Shown piece by piece: positions 10,003 to 21,500 of a stretch of 64,000 nt of DNA. Below the pieces are notes generated by a model that was not told where the DNA came from, ran no database searches, and saw nothing but the letters and a program-made list of their open reading frames with translations. Every line of letters begins with the position of its first letter. The first letter of the stretch is position 1. The translations under genes and the position numbers were made by a program. This DNA is from Bacteroidota bacterium (GTDB lineage: Bacteria; Bacteroidota; Bacteroidia; JABDFU01). Where the stretch lies: the NCBI GenBank assembly GCA_016183775.1, contig JACPDY010000002.1, forward strand, positions 16,060-80,059, given 5' to 3'.

Positions 10003-11847
10003 ATGAAGAAGTTATTCGGGGTGTTAAAATATGTGAAGGGCTATTGGAATTATGCAATTCTAAATATTGCATTCAATATTCTTTCTGTTATTTTTTCGGT
10101 TTTCTCCATTATTATGCTGTTCCCTTTTTTGCAGATCCTTTTTTCTGATAACAATGAAAAGTTAAACGAGGTCATCAACAAAGGAGAACCAACCCTTCAC
10201 CTTTCCACCGATGCCGTTATTAACAAGGTAAATTACATCCTGGCCAAAGGAGTTGTTGATCACGGAAAAATGCAGGTGTTGGTATGGATATGCGCCTTTA
10301 TAGTAGTCACCATTTTATTGAAAAACATTACACGATACTTTGCCATGTTCTTTCTTTCGCCGATACGGACGGGGGTTATACGCGACATGCGTAATAAAGT
10401 GTTTGAGAAAACCATGGAATTGCCTCTCTCCTATTATTCCGATGAACGCAAGGGTGATATTATGTCGCGCATGACGGCCGACATGCAGGAAATTGAATGG
10501 AGCATCATGCAATCGCTGGAGATGATATTCCGTGAGCCGCTTAACATTATCCTGTTTCTTGTAATGATGATCGCGATGAGCCCAAGCCTTACATTAATAG
10601 CGTTTATAACACTTCCCGTAACCGCCCTGCTGATCGTGTGGATCGGGAAAAGCCTGAAAAAATCGGCGACAAAAGGAAAAGAAAAAATGGGAACGCTGCT
10701 TTCCATAATGGAAGAAACACTGGGCGGACTCCGCATCATTAAAGGATTTAACGCGGAAAGTCAGGTAGCCGGTAAATTTCTTTCCGAGAACAGGCAATAC
10801 ACCAACCTTACCAACCGTGTAAACCGCCAGGTTGACCTGGCATCACCATTAAGCGAGTTCCTGGGAATCTCTGTATTTGTGATCATATTATATTTCGGCG
10901 GGGCAATGGTATTGAATGAAAAAAGTATGGAAGGAGCGGTATTTATTACTTATCTCGCTATGTTTTCGCAGCTTATTACCCCGGCAAAATCCTTTACCAA
11001 CGCTTATTATAATGTACAGAAGGGTCTTGCCTCGGCAGAACGTGTCAATAAAATTATAAATGCCGAAGTGACAATAAAAAACACAAACAACCCAAAACCG
11101 ATCAGAAATTTTGAGAAAGAAATTGAATTTAAAAATGTTTCTTTCGCTTATACGTGCGGTGATAATGGCTGGGCTTTACGCAACATCAATTTAAAAATTG
11201 AAAAAGGAAAAACCATAGCCTTAGTCGGTCAGTCCGGTTCGGGAAAAACAACATTGGCCGATATGTTACCGCGCTTTTACGATGCTACCGAAGGAAATGT
11301 ATTGATCGATGGCTGTGCCATAAAAGAAGTGAACATAGCCGACCTGCGCAAACTGATGGGAATTGTTACACAGGAATCCATCTTATTCAATGATACCGTG
11401 TTCAACAACATCGCATTGGGCCTGGCGCATGCGAAAGAAGAAGATGTGATAGCAGCCGCCAAAGTAGCAAACGCGCATGAGTTCATCATGCAAATGCCGC
11501 AGGGTTATCAGACCAATATCGGCGACCGCGGGGGCAAAATGTCGGGCGGACAGCGCCAGCGACTGAGTATTGCCCGGGCAGTTTTAAAAAATCCTCCGAT
11601 ACTTATTTTAGATGAAGCCACCTCTGCGCTTGACACAGAATCGGAACGACTGGTACAGGATGCCCTTAATAAATTAATGAAGAACCGTACATCAGTTGTT
11701 ATCGCGCACCGTCTTTCAACTATTCAGCATGCGGATGAAATTATTGTACTTCAAAAGGGTGAGCTGGTTGAACGGGGCAGCCACATACAGCTTTTACTCC
11801 AAAATGGAGTGTATAAACGATTGTATGATCTGCAGGCGTTTGTGTAA
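10003..11847 (+). CDS. ABC transporter, fused permease/ATPase (MsbA/lipid exporter-like)
   Basis: Six-TM N-terminal domain; Walker A GQSGSGKTT, signature LSGGQRQR, Walker B ILILDEATSALD, H-loop AHRL. Confidence 0.85.
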   Translation: MKKLFGVLKYVKGYWNYAILNIAFNILSVIFSVFSIIMLFPFLQILFSDNNEKLNEVINKGEPTLHLSTDAVINKVNYILAKGVVDHGKMQVLVWICAFIVVTILLKNITRYFAMFFLSPIRTGVIRDMRNKVFEKTMELPLSYYSDERKGDIMSRMTADMQEIEWSIMQSLEMIFREPLNIILFLVMMIAMSPSLTLIAFITLPVTALLIVWIGKSLKKSATKGKEKMGTLLSIMEETLGGLRIIKGFNAESQVAGKFLSENRQYTNLTNRVNRQVDLASPLSEFLGISVFVIILYFGGAMVLNEKSMEGAVFITYLAMFSQLITPAKSFTNAYYNVQKGLASAERVNKIINAEVTIKNTNNPKPIRNFEKEIEFKNVSFAYTCGDNGWALRNINLKIEKGKTIALVGQSGSGKTTLADMLPRFYDATEGNVLIDGCAIKEVNIADLRKLMGIVTQESILFNDTVFNNIALGLAHAKEEDVIAAAKVANAHEFIMQMPQGYQTNIGDRGGKMSGGQRQRLSIARAVLKNPPILILDEATSALDTESERLVQDALNKLMKNRTSVVIAHRLSTIQHADEIIVLQKGELVERGSHIQLLLQNGVYKRLYDLQAFV

Positions 11848-11882
11848 GGATTTATAACTCTTACCGAATTTCAAACTAATAA

Positions 11883-12263
11883 TTACAATAGAAGTCGAAT
11901 TTCTGCAAGCTCCCTTCCTACTTGTTGAATACCGCTTAAAATTCGTCCTATTTGAGTAGAGGAAGGCGTTTTATTGCCCTTGATGTATTGCGCCAAAAGA
12001 CTTTGGTTCATACCTATGCGTTCTGAAAGTGCCTTAGCATTAATTACCTTATAAAACTCAAAAAACTGAGGCAAATCCAGGGTTATTTTTAAATTCTTTT
12101 CAGTAATTTTTTTACCCTTTTCTACAAAGTTAAGATTTAAGGCCTCAACAATATTTTTCTTAAGTTCCGACAAACTTTTTCCTGTAGTCGCAACAGCGTA
12201 CTTTTTCGCAAACGCCGAATATCCTGTTCTCGTGCGTTCAACAACTATTTCAATTTTCTTCAT
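11883..12263 (-). CDS. hicB: HicB-family antitoxin (N-terminal HicB fold plus C-terminal HTH)
   Basis: Immediately downstream of hicA with a 12-bp gap; C-terminal HTH LLAQYIKGNKTPSSTQIGRILSGI. Confidence 0.6.
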   Translation of the reverse strand: MKKIEIVVERTRTGYSAFAKKYAVATTGKSLSELKKNIVEALNLNFVEKGKKITEKNLKITLDLPQFFEFYKVINAKALSERIGMNQSLLAQYIKGNKTPSSTQIGRILSGIQQVGRELAEIRLLL

Positions 12264-12275
12264 AATCAGTATTTT

Positions 12276-12461
12276 TTATTCCAAGCCCGCGTCTTTCAGA
12301 ATCTTATTTTGTAACCCTTTGCCGACTTCCTGACTACCATGACTCGGCACCACAATTTGCCCGCTTTTTGTAGGATGCCTCATGATCATATGGCTACCCG
12401 CTTGCCGTATTACAAACCAACCATCCTTTTTCAATGTTCTGATAAGCTCACTGCTTTTCAT
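12276..12461 (-). CDS. hicA: HicA mRNA interferase toxin
   Basis: 61 aa; ...LKKDGWFVIRQAGSHMIMRHP...VVPSHGSQEVGKGLQNKILKDAGL matches the YcfA/HicA family. Confidence 0.7.
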   Translation of the reverse strand: MKSSELIRTLKKDGWFVIRQAGSHMIMRHPTKSGQIVVPSHGSQEVGKGLQNKILKDAGLE

Positions 12462-12592
12462 TGATCGAAGGTAATAAATTTATTACCTATATTAAAATAA
12501 AATAATGAAATTCTCAGAGGGGTCTTTCCTTTTACGTTCTAAGCCCGAACCGGTAAAGAGGACGTTTGTGTGAAACTGACATAGGAATTTTT

Positions 12593-13756
12593 TCAGATCT
12601 TTTCCAGGTACTTCTCCAAAAAAGTTCTTAGTGAGCACACCCTGACATTTTCTTTGAGAAAATAATCCTCACTTTCCTTTGTAATTATAAAATTATTTTT
12701 CGCTTTCAAATCATTAATTGAAATTGTATTGCCTCGGGATAATGTTGGCGTTGACGTATGCTTAATTTCGGCTGTTGCAACTACGGTATTCGCTTTAACA
12801 AACACAATATCCAATTCGCTCCCATCACTTGTACGATAGAAAAATAATTTAAAATCATCTGCCAAAAGCTGATACACTTGTTCAATAACATAACCTTCCC
12901 ATGAATTGCCTATTAGTATGTTATTATAGAGATCATCATACGAATAAATTGCATTTTGATAATGCAGCAAACCACTGTCGCGAATATAAAGCTTGGGAGA
13001 TTTCACCAATCGCTTTTTTGTATTCATACTATAGGGTTGCAATCGCCTGATAAGAAAGGCCTGCTCCAAAAAATCAATGTAAGTTTTTACACTTGTAACT
13101 GAAATTTCAAGGGATTTGGCCAAATTTGAATAATTTAATTCCTGGCCATGCAGATGTGAAAGCATTGCCCACAAACGCTGTGTTAGTATAGGTGATGCAG
13201 GCATTCCCAACATAGGAAGATCCCTTTCAATATATGTTTTAACGAAATTACTGACCCACTTTTGCCACAAACTTGCCGTAGGAGCAAGAAGAGCATCGGG
13301 AAAGCCTCCCCTTAACCACAACAAATTTGAATTCGCTTTATTTTTTATTTCTGTTATGTTCAAAGGAGTTAATTCAATATACCCAATCCGTCCCGCAAGT
13401 GATTCCGAACTATCGCGAATTAAATCCGGAGAAGCCGAACCTAATAACAAAAATCTGGCCGGGACCCTGTTCTTATCAATTAATGCACGTAATAATGGGA
13501 ATAACTCCGGCATGCGCTGCACCTCGTCAATAATCACACATTTATCCACATACTGCTCCAAAAACAATTGAGGGTCCTTAAGTTTGTTGTAATCCGAACT
13601 CAACTCCAAATCCAGGTATACGAATGGCTTTTTTATTTTTTTAATGAGCAATTTTGCCAATGTTGTTTTACCCACCTGCCTTGGCCCAACAATAGCTACT
13701 GCGGGGAAGTACCCTATAAGTTCTATTAAATATTTTTCCGCTTTTCGCCTTAGCAT
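12593..13756 (-). CDS. AAA+ ATPase, DUF4143 family
   Basis: P-loop VGPRQVGKTTLAKLL, Walker B IIDEVQ; C-terminal DUF4143-like region; common accessory ATPase of Bacteroidota. Confidence 0.7.
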   Translation of the reverse strand: MLRRKAEKYLIELIGYFPAVAIVGPRQVGKTTLAKLLIKKIKKPFVYLDLELSSDYNKLKDPQLFLEQYVDKCVIIDEVQRMPELFPLLRALIDKNRVPARFLLLGSASPDLIRDSSESLAGRIGYIELTPLNITEIKNKANSNLLWLRGGFPDALLAPTASLWQKWVSNFVKTYIERDLPMLGMPASPILTQRLWAMLSHLHGQELNYSNLAKSLEISVTSVKTYIDFLEQAFLIRRLQPYSMNTKKRLVKSPKLYIRDSGLLHYQNAIYSYDDLYNNILIGNSWEGYVIEQVYQLLADDFKLFFYRTSDGSELDIVFVKANTVVATAEIKHTSTPTLSRGNTISINDLKAKNNFIITKESEDYFLKENVRVCSLRTFLEKYLEKI

Positions 13757-13770
13757 GGTACAAATATACT

Positions 13771-13825
13771 ATAAATTAATGCAGCAAATTTAAAATTAAA
13801 TTTTAAATTTGCTGCATTAATTTAT
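13771..13825. promoter_or_regulatory. 55-bp near-perfect palindrome in the divergent promoter region
   Basis: ataaattaatgcagcaaatttaaaatt-a-aattttaaatttgctgcattaatttat; lies between divergently oriented 12593..13756 (-) and 13915..14853 (+). Confidence 0.5.
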
Positions 13826-13914
13826 AGGCAAATTACGGCCATTACGTATATTAAATCCCGCTTTGAATTCCCACCAATATTTATTACATTTACCTACCAT
13901 AAAAACTCAAACCT

Positions 13915-14853
13915 ATGTTTAAAAAATTACTTTCAACGCTTCTTATAGCTTCAGTTAGTGTAACTATTGGTTTTGCACAACAACCTCCTAACGCCGGGTT
14001 TGAATCTACCTGGGTAGCTCAAAGTGGATACTCCGAGCCTCCGGGATGGGGAACTCCAAATTTATTGAGTAGTAGTACTTCCATTTTTGGCCCTAATGCG
14101 GTATCAGTAACTCAGGCAACATCACCGAATGTGAATGGTGGTACTTATGCTGTAAAAATATCAACAATTAAATATACTCCCGGATTCGTTGATATTAGCA
14201 CCTATCTGCCAAATGATACATTTGGTTTCGTTTTTTCAGGTAAAATAATGCCTTCATCGCCTTATTTATTTCCAGGCTATACACAAACTACGCGCTATGC
14301 ACAACTTGATTTTTACGCTAAATACACACCGGTAGGAAGCGACAATGGAACATGCACTGTGTTTTTTCAAAGGAGAAACGGAAGCAAGGTTGACACTATT
14401 GCTTATGGCGCAACGGTTATTGCAAGTAACGCATCTTTTGCACAACTTTCTGTCCCTCTCATCTACAAATCGGGTTTAGCTCCGGATACGGCAACTATTA
14501 TCTTTAATTCCAGTTATACTAAACCACAGATCGGCAGTGCTCTTTGGATTGATGATCTTTCTTTTTCGGGCTTAGTGGCAGGAATTAACGAGCGCAATAT
14601 GCTTATTAACGCTATTAAAGTATTCCCAAACCCTGCGACCGACAATATTACATTTGCTGCTTCAGTGGCCAACGAAAGTCTTTCAATGGTTGAAGTTTTT
14701 GATGCTACTGGCCGCAGAATTGACGGAGTTGCTATTCAAAACAACCGCCACGAATTGAACGTAAATAAATATGCTGAAGGCTTATATATGTACAATGCCT
14801 ATAATGGTAAGAAGGAACTGATCGGCATTGGTAAATTCAATGTAACAAAGTAA
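13915..14853 (+). CDS. secreted protein with T9SS type-A C-terminal sorting domain
   Basis: Signal peptide MFKKLLSTLLIASVSVTIGFAQ; C-terminus IKVFPNPATDNITF...VEVFDATGRRI...GLYMYNA = Por_Secre_tail pattern. Confidence 0.7.
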   Translation: MFKKLLSTLLIASVSVTIGFAQQPPNAGFESTWVAQSGYSEPPGWGTPNLLSSSTSIFGPNAVSVTQATSPNVNGGTYAVKISTIKYTPGFVDISTYLPNDTFGFVFSGKIMPSSPYLFPGYTQTTRYAQLDFYAKYTPVGSDNGTCTVFFQRRNGSKVDTIAYGATVIASNASFAQLSVPLIYKSGLAPDTATIIFNSSYTKPQIGSALWIDDLSFSGLVAGINERNMLINAIKVFPNPATDNITFAASVANESLSMVEVFDATGRRIDGVAIQNNRHELNVNKYAEGLYMYNAYNGKKELIGIGKFNVTK

Positions 14854-14876
14854 TTTTTTAATCTTAATACTTAAAA

Positions 14877-14910
14877 GCCCCTTCCCAGGTAAATTGGGGA
14901 GGGGTTTTTT
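14877..14910 (+). terminator. rho-independent terminator
   Basis: GCCCCTTCCC-aggtaaatt-GGGGAGGGG followed by TTTTTT, 24 bp after the stop at 14853. Confidence 0.7.
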
Positions 14911-15021
14911 GTTTGCCCGCTTAAATAAAATGGAACGCTGATATCGGGTCATTACGATTGTCATGATTAGATCAGCCTGGATCATAACAATCATAACAAT
15001 CTGCGTTCCATTGTGTACTAA

Positions 15022-16665
15022 ATGAGAAAACATTTTTATATTTTATTTATCGCATGCGCACTTACTTGCTGTAAGCCTGCAACTGAGCAAGTACCCAAAA
15101 CCGAACCCGTAAAAAAAACGGAAAATATAGATGCACACGTTTCGAAACTGTTAAAAAAACACCTGCAAAATATTGATTCGGCTTCAATAATAGTTATTGC
15201 CTCCGATACGCTTGCAGCCCCGGTACAATTGGCCAGACTTTATGCCGGATTTGGATCAAATTCCATCTGGACGAGCAAAGGTTTCCTCAATAAAAATGGA
15301 GATACGCTCCTTAATATACTGAGGAAGACTTATATGTATGGACTTATCCCCGAAAATTATTACACAAACCAGATCGATTCCTTTTTAAAAACGGCTGCTG
15401 ATAAGCCAGGGACAATTGATGCAGTCAAGATCACGAATGCGGAACTGCTTTTATCTGACGGATTATTTAAACTGGCCGTTCACCTGAACAAAGGGCGCCT
15501 GAACCCTGACAGTCTCCGGAGAGAATGGAAAATAAAACAGGTTGATACCGCGATCGTTTCCACGTTCACAAAAGCCATTCATGAAAACACATTACATGCC
15601 GTGATCGATTCACTGGAACCAAAGCACGATCAATATAAAAAATTAAAACTCGCACTAAATGCATTTCGTAAAGAGTTTGCAAACAGTAATTGGGACAGCC
15701 TTCCACCTATTCAAAACGATACGATCGCATTTTATAATCTGCTCAAACAAAGGCTCATTGCAAGTCACCAATATGATTCCACATTAAAGATAAACGATGA
15801 AAAAAAACTGATCAGAGCCTTAAAAAAGTTTCAGTTGCAGCACGCGCTTAACGATGATGGCCGCATCGGTAAATATACCTACGCCGCACTCAACGTATCT
15901 AAAGAAAATAAAATCCGGCAGATCGAGGTGAACATGGAACGCTGGCGCTGGGAAAATAAGCCCGGCAAGCGTTACCTGTGGATAAACATTCCTTCTTACA
16001 TGCTGAAACTGATCGATGCCGACACCATTCATACCGAAGTAAAAGTGATCACGGGCAGCCCTAAACACCCTACTCCGCTTTTAAAAAGCAGCATTACCTG
16101 GTTCATCATTTATCCCTACTGGAGCGTGCCTTACAAAATTGCCTCCGAAGAAATTCTACCCCGTATTAAGTGGGACACGGCTTACCTGCGTAAGAATAAT
16201 TTCGATGTGTTGGATTGGAACTACCAGGTGGTGGATCCCAGATATATAAAATGGAAGAAATACAACAAAACCAATCTGCCATACAAATTCAGGCAGCGCG
16301 AAGGAGAAGACAATTCACTGGGAGTAATTAAATTCATGTTCAAAAACAGGTTCGGGGTATACCTGCACGATACAAATTCAAAACGATTATTCAATAAAGA
16401 GATCAGGGCCTTAAGTCATGGCTGCGTTCGCATGCAAAACCCATGGGTGCTGGCCGAATACCTTATTGAAGACGACAAACGCTACACTACCGATTCGTTG
16501 TTTAACTATTACGAAAAAGAACAAAAAAAGACAATTGCCATAAAAAAGCCTCTGCCCATAAATATTAAATATTTTACCTGTGAAGTGGATACCAATAACA
16601 CCTTGTTTTTTTATACAGATATTTACGAAAAAGACAAAAAAATGTTCAAAACCCTTTATAAATAA
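15022..16665 (+). CDS. L,D-transpeptidase family protein with peptidoglycan-binding domain (YcbB-like)
   Basis: PG_binding-like LKKFQLQHALNDDGRIGKYTYAAL; YkuD catalytic motif GVYLHDTN...LSHGCVRM. Confidence 0.75.
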   Translation: MRKHFYILFIACALTCCKPATEQVPKTEPVKKTENIDAHVSKLLKKHLQNIDSASIIVIASDTLAAPVQLARLYAGFGSNSIWTSKGFLNKNGDTLLNILRKTYMYGLIPENYYTNQIDSFLKTAADKPGTIDAVKITNAELLLSDGLFKLAVHLNKGRLNPDSLRREWKIKQVDTAIVSTFTKAIHENTLHAVIDSLEPKHDQYKKLKLALNAFRKEFANSNWDSLPPIQNDTIAFYNLLKQRLIASHQYDSTLKINDEKKLIRALKKFQLQHALNDDGRIGKYTYAALNVSKENKIRQIEVNMERWRWENKPGKRYLWINIPSYMLKLIDADTIHTEVKVITGSPKHPTPLLKSSITWFIIYPYWSVPYKIASEEILPRIKWDTAYLRKNNFDVLDWNYQVVDPRYIKWKKYNKTNLPYKFRQREGEDNSLGVIKFMFKNRFGVYLHDTNSKRLFNKEIRALSHGCVRMQNPWVLAEYLIEDDKRYTTDSLFNYYEKEQKKTIAIKKPLPINIKYFTCEVDTNNTLFFYTDIYEKDKKMFKTLYK

Positions 16666-16748
16666 TAGTTACCATTCCACCCGTTTAAACTCGCTTTTTT
16701 GCCTAAAAAATTTATCTTTGCTACCTCTCATTTCAGGATAAGATCAGG

Positions 16749-18557
16749 ATGGAAAATTTCGTAGTATCGGCCCGTAAATACAGACCTGCAACCTTTAATA
16801 CAGTTGTAGGCCAGGCCTCTATTACAAATACCCTTAAAAATGCCATTAAAAACCATCACCTGGCACAGGCCTTTTTATTCTGCGGTCCGCGCGGGGTTGG
16901 AAAAACCACCTGCGCCCGCATTCTGGCTAAAACCATCAATTGCCAGAACCTGACTGAGAATACAGAAGCCTGCGACAAATGTGAATCGTGTAAATCATTC
17001 AATAGCGGCCAATCATTAAATGTATATGAGCTGGATGCGGCTTCCAATAACTCGGTCGATGATATTCGTAACCTTGTTGACCAGGTTCGTTTTGCACCGC
17101 AATTAGGAAACTACAAAGTGTATATTATAGATGAGGTGCACATGCTGTCGCAAGCCGCCTTTAACGCCTTTCTTAAAACACTTGAAGAGCCCCCAAAACA
17201 TGCCATTTTTATCCTGGCGACAACCGAAAAGCATAAAATAATCCCGACCATACTTTCACGCTGCCAGATCTTTGATTTCAATCGCATACAGGTTGAAGAT
17301 ATTGCCAGCCACCTGGCATTTATCGCCAAAAGCGAAAATATAACCGCGGACGCGGATGCACTTCACATTATAGCTCAAAAGGCAGATGGAGCGTTGCGCG
17401 ACGCCTGTTCCATATTTGACCAGATCGTAAGCTTTGCGGGAAACAACCTCACATACAAAGCCGTGATCGACAACCTTAATATTCTCGATTACGATTACTA
17501 TTTTAAAGTAACGGATGCGCTTATAACTGAAAATATACCGGCGGCACTGCTGCTCTTCAATGAAATTTTAAACAATGGTTTTGACGGACATAACTTCATA
17601 ACAGGACTTGGCGAACACCTTCGCAACCTGCTGGTATGTAAAGATGCTTCAACATTATCATTATTAGAGGTGAGTGCTAACATAAAAGATAAATACAAAG
17701 AACAAAGCGGGAAATGCCCGCAGCTATTACTGTTGAGGGGCCTCAACATCATTAACCGCTGCGATACGCAATATAAATCCAGCAAAAATCACCGGCTGCA
17801 GGTCGAACTTGCCCTGATGCAACTGTGTTCTATCAATACCCCTGATACTGAAAAAAAAAATGACAGTATTAAGGTAAATACTGCTAATACAGCCATACAG
17901 AGTGATGCGCCTCCGGCAAAAACGACTACAACTGCTTCAACCGGCTCAGATATTCCGGGGAACAATGGCAAATCTGCGTCGGTTAACGCTGCTCCTGCTT
18001 CAACAGCAGTTAAGACTACTCCCACTCCAACCGCAGCCATTACTTCGCCAACTGTTGCAACAATCAAGAAACCGGGGCTAAAAACATCTTCTCCTTCCAT
18101 CAACCAGTTTATCAATCAAACAAAAACTGAGACAAAAAAGATAACCACTGAAGCAAATGAGGCTGCTCCTGATTACGAAAAACCGGCTATGGCTTTCTCC
18201 CAGGAAATCCTGGAGAATACCTGGAATCTTTATGCGAAGAATATCCAACAAAAAGGCAAGATCAATTTATACAGTACACTTTCTTTCCGAAAACCATTAC
18301 TGAAAGAAAATTTCATCATTGAATTTACCATTGAAAACAAAGTGCAGCAGGAAGTACTTGAACAGGAACGATTGGATCTGTTAAGTTTTTTAAGAAAAGA
18401 GCTGAACAACTACAGCATAAACCTTAAAACGATAATAAACACCATTGAAAGCGAACGCAAACCTTATACAACAGGAGATAAATTTAAACGCATGGCCGAA
18501 AAAAATCCGGCTATAAATAAATTAAAACAATTGTTCGATCTTGATATTGACGGCTGA
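16749..18557 (+). CDS. dnaX: DNA polymerase III subunit gamma/tau
   Basis: GPRGVGKTT Walker A, Zn module CQNLTENTEACDKCESC, DEVHML, SRC sensor; Pro/Thr/Ala-rich tau linker. Confidence 0.9.
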   Translation: MENFVVSARKYRPATFNTVVGQASITNTLKNAIKNHHLAQAFLFCGPRGVGKTTCARILAKTINCQNLTENTEACDKCESCKSFNSGQSLNVYELDAASNNSVDDIRNLVDQVRFAPQLGNYKVYIIDEVHMLSQAAFNAFLKTLEEPPKHAIFILATTEKHKIIPTILSRCQIFDFNRIQVEDIASHLAFIAKSENITADADALHIIAQKADGALRDACSIFDQIVSFAGNNLTYKAVIDNLNILDYDYYFKVTDALITENIPAALLLFNEILNNGFDGHNFITGLGEHLRNLLVCKDASTLSLLEVSANIKDKYKEQSGKCPQLLLLRGLNIINRCDTQYKSSKNHRLQVELALMQLCSINTPDTEKKNDSIKVNTANTAIQSDAPPAKTTTTASTGSDIPGNNGKSASVNAAPASTAVKTTPTPTAAITSPTVATIKKPGLKTSSPSINQFINQTKTETKKITTEANEAAPDYEKPAMAFSQEILENTWNLYAKNIQQKGKINLYSTLSFRKPLLKENFIIEFTIENKVQQEVLEQERLDLLSFLRKELNNYSINLKTIINTIESERKPYTTGDKFKRMAEKNPAINKLKQLFDLDIDG

Positions 18558-18595
18558 CAAGCCGCATTTGTAATAATACCTTTCAGACATATAAT

Positions 18596-21500
18596 ATGTA
18601 TAAACATTTTAAGCAGGATTCATCAGCTCAATCCGGCACAAAATATTTTCAAACCAATTTGAGGAACAACTTTGTTTACACCTTCATTGTTTTGGCATTT
18701 GTTTTATTTTCATGTAATCCATCGAAAAAATCAAAAGCCGCGTACGAGGTTGTAGAAAATGACCCCCTTAAAGCACGCATCTATACCCTTGATAATGGTC
18801 TTAAAGTATATATGACCGTTTATAAGAACGCGCCCCGCATTCAAACCTGCATTGCAGTTAAAGCCGGCAGCAAAAATGATCCGGCAGATGCTACAGGCCT
18901 CGCTCATTACCTTGAACACATGTTGTTTAAAGGGACAGACAAGTTCGGATCGAAAGATTTTGCAAAAGAAGAATCCGAAATAAAAAAAATTGAAACCTTG
19001 TATGATGAGTACAGGCAGGTGAAAGATACTGCTTTGCGAAAAGCCATATATCATAAAATAGACAGTGTTTCCGGTGTCGCTTCAAAATATGCTATCGCGA
19101 ATGAATTTGATAAAATGATGGCTTCGATCGGCGCGGTCGGCTCCAACGCGTACACTTCGCACGAACAAACTGTTTACATAGAGGATATTCCCTCCAACCA
19201 GTTTGAAAAATGGGCAACTATTGAGGCGGAGCGCTACAGGAAGCCGGTCATGCGTTTGTTTCATACCGAACTGGAAGCTGTTTACGAGGAGAAGAACCGT
19301 GGATTGGATAACGACAACTCAAAAATATGGGAAACATTGCTTGCCGGACTATTCCAAAAACACACTTACGGTACCCAAACTACGATCGGCACTATTGAGC
19401 ACCTTAAAAATCCATCTATAACCAAGATCAATGAGTACTTCAATACCTATTATGTTCCAAACAATATGGCCATTTGCCTTTCAGGCGATTTTGATCCCGA
19501 CTCGGCTATAAAAGTAATCGAACAAAAATTCTCAGGATTTCAAAGCAAGCCTGTACCTGTTTTTATACCCGCCAAAGAAGATCCCATTTCAAAACCAATC
19601 ATAAAAGAAGTTGTTGGTCCAAACGCGGAAGAGGTGAGCTTCGCCTTCCGTTTCGAGGGCGCAGGATCGAACGATGCGAATATGATCACGCTCATCAGCA
19701 AGATACTTGCAAATGGCAAAGCCGGTCTTATCGATCTTGATCTTATTCAAAAGCAGGAGGTTTTGGCCGCTTACACATTTCCACTTATTCTGAAAGATTA
19801 TTCCGCATTGATCTTCGATGCACAGCCCAAAAAAGAACAATCCCTTGACCAGGTAAGATATCTTTTGCTTCAGCAGATCGAAAAAATAAAACAAGGTAAT
19901 TTCCCTGATTGGCTGCTTCCTGCTATCATCAACAATATGAAACTGGAAGAAATAAAAGCTTACGAAGATAACTCGAGACGCACCGATGCTTTTGTAAAAG
20001 CATTTACCACTGGTATCAATTGGCGCGATCATGTTGAAACCATGAACAAATTATCGCAGGTAACCAAACAACAGGTCATTGACTTTGCTAAGGCAAACTT
20101 CAAAGACAATTATGTGATCGTTTACAAACGAACAGGGGAAGATAAAAATGTGCAAAAGGTTGAAAAACCCGCAATCACACCCGTAGAGGTGAACCGTAAC
20201 GATCAGTCGGAATTCGTTAAAAAGATCATTAACTCTCCCTCCCCGGCTATTGAACCCGTTTTTATTGATTACAGCAAAGACATTAAAAAATTCAATGTAA
20301 AAAATAATATTCCTGTGCTGTATAATGAGAACAGCGAAAACAAAACCTTTGATATGCATTTTGTGGTTGATATGGGAACCAACCAGGATAAAAAATTAAA
20401 GATCGCCACTGACTACCTGAATTACCTGGGCACATCAAAATATTCGCCCGAACAGGTACAGCAGGAGTTCTACAAACTCGCATGTTCATATAATGTGTTC
20501 AGTTCGGAAGACGAAACACGCGTTAGCCTGAGCGGCCTGTCGGAAAATTTCGAGAAGGCCCTGGCACTTTTTGAAGAACTTTTAAGCGACGCTCAGCCAA
20601 ATAAAGAAGCATTGGTTAATTTGGTTTCTGACGTACTTAAAAAACGACAGGATGATATGCTTGACAAGAACACCATCCTGTTTGACGGAATGGTTTACTA
20701 CGGAATGTATGGTCAAACGTCTCCTTTCACTAACATATTAACGGAAGCTGAATTAAAAGTCCTTCAGCCGGAAGAGCTGATCAGCATAATAAAAAAGTTA
20801 AATGCATATGAACATCATATTTTATATTACGGAACGCTCCAGGAAGAAGAGCTTGTCTCGTCAATTAATAAATATCATAAAGTCCCGGCGAAGTTAGATC
20901 CCGTTCCTCCTAACATCCCATTCCCGTTCAAAACAACAGATAATAATGTGTATGTTGTTAATTATGACATGAAACAGGCGGAGATCATTATGATATCGAA
21001 AAGTGAGTTGTACAACAAGGATATTGTTCCGGGCTCAGTATTATTCAACGAATATTTTGGCGGGGGCATGTCATCTGTCGTATTCCAGGAATTACGTGAA
21101 TCCAAAGCCCTTGCATACAGTGTTTTCGCCAACTTCCGCACCGCTAAGCGAAAAGATAAGAACAACTATATTCTTTCATACATTGGCACTCAAAGCGACA
21201 AGCTGCCGGAGGCCATGGCCGGTATGACCGGACTGCTGAACAATATGCCCGAATCGGAAAATGCATTTAAGTCGGCGAAAGAATCTGTTTTACAGGGATT
21301 GCGCACAGAACGCATTACACGATCGGATATCCTGCTTAATTATGAGAAGAACAGGAAATTAGGTGTCGATCATGATATCCGTAAAGATATTTACGCGAAA
21401 GTTCCTGCCATGACAATGGAAAACATTAAAAAGTTTCAACAGCAATATGTAAAAGATAAAAGCTACAATATTCTCGTTTTAGGTAAAAAAGAAAATCTCG

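Noticed and set aside
16666-16748. Looked for SRP RNA (ffs) upstream of dnaX, where it often resides.
   Set aside because: There is no GGUGCUGUUU/AGCAGGGAAGC-like domain IV motif and no hairpin in the 83-bp spacer.
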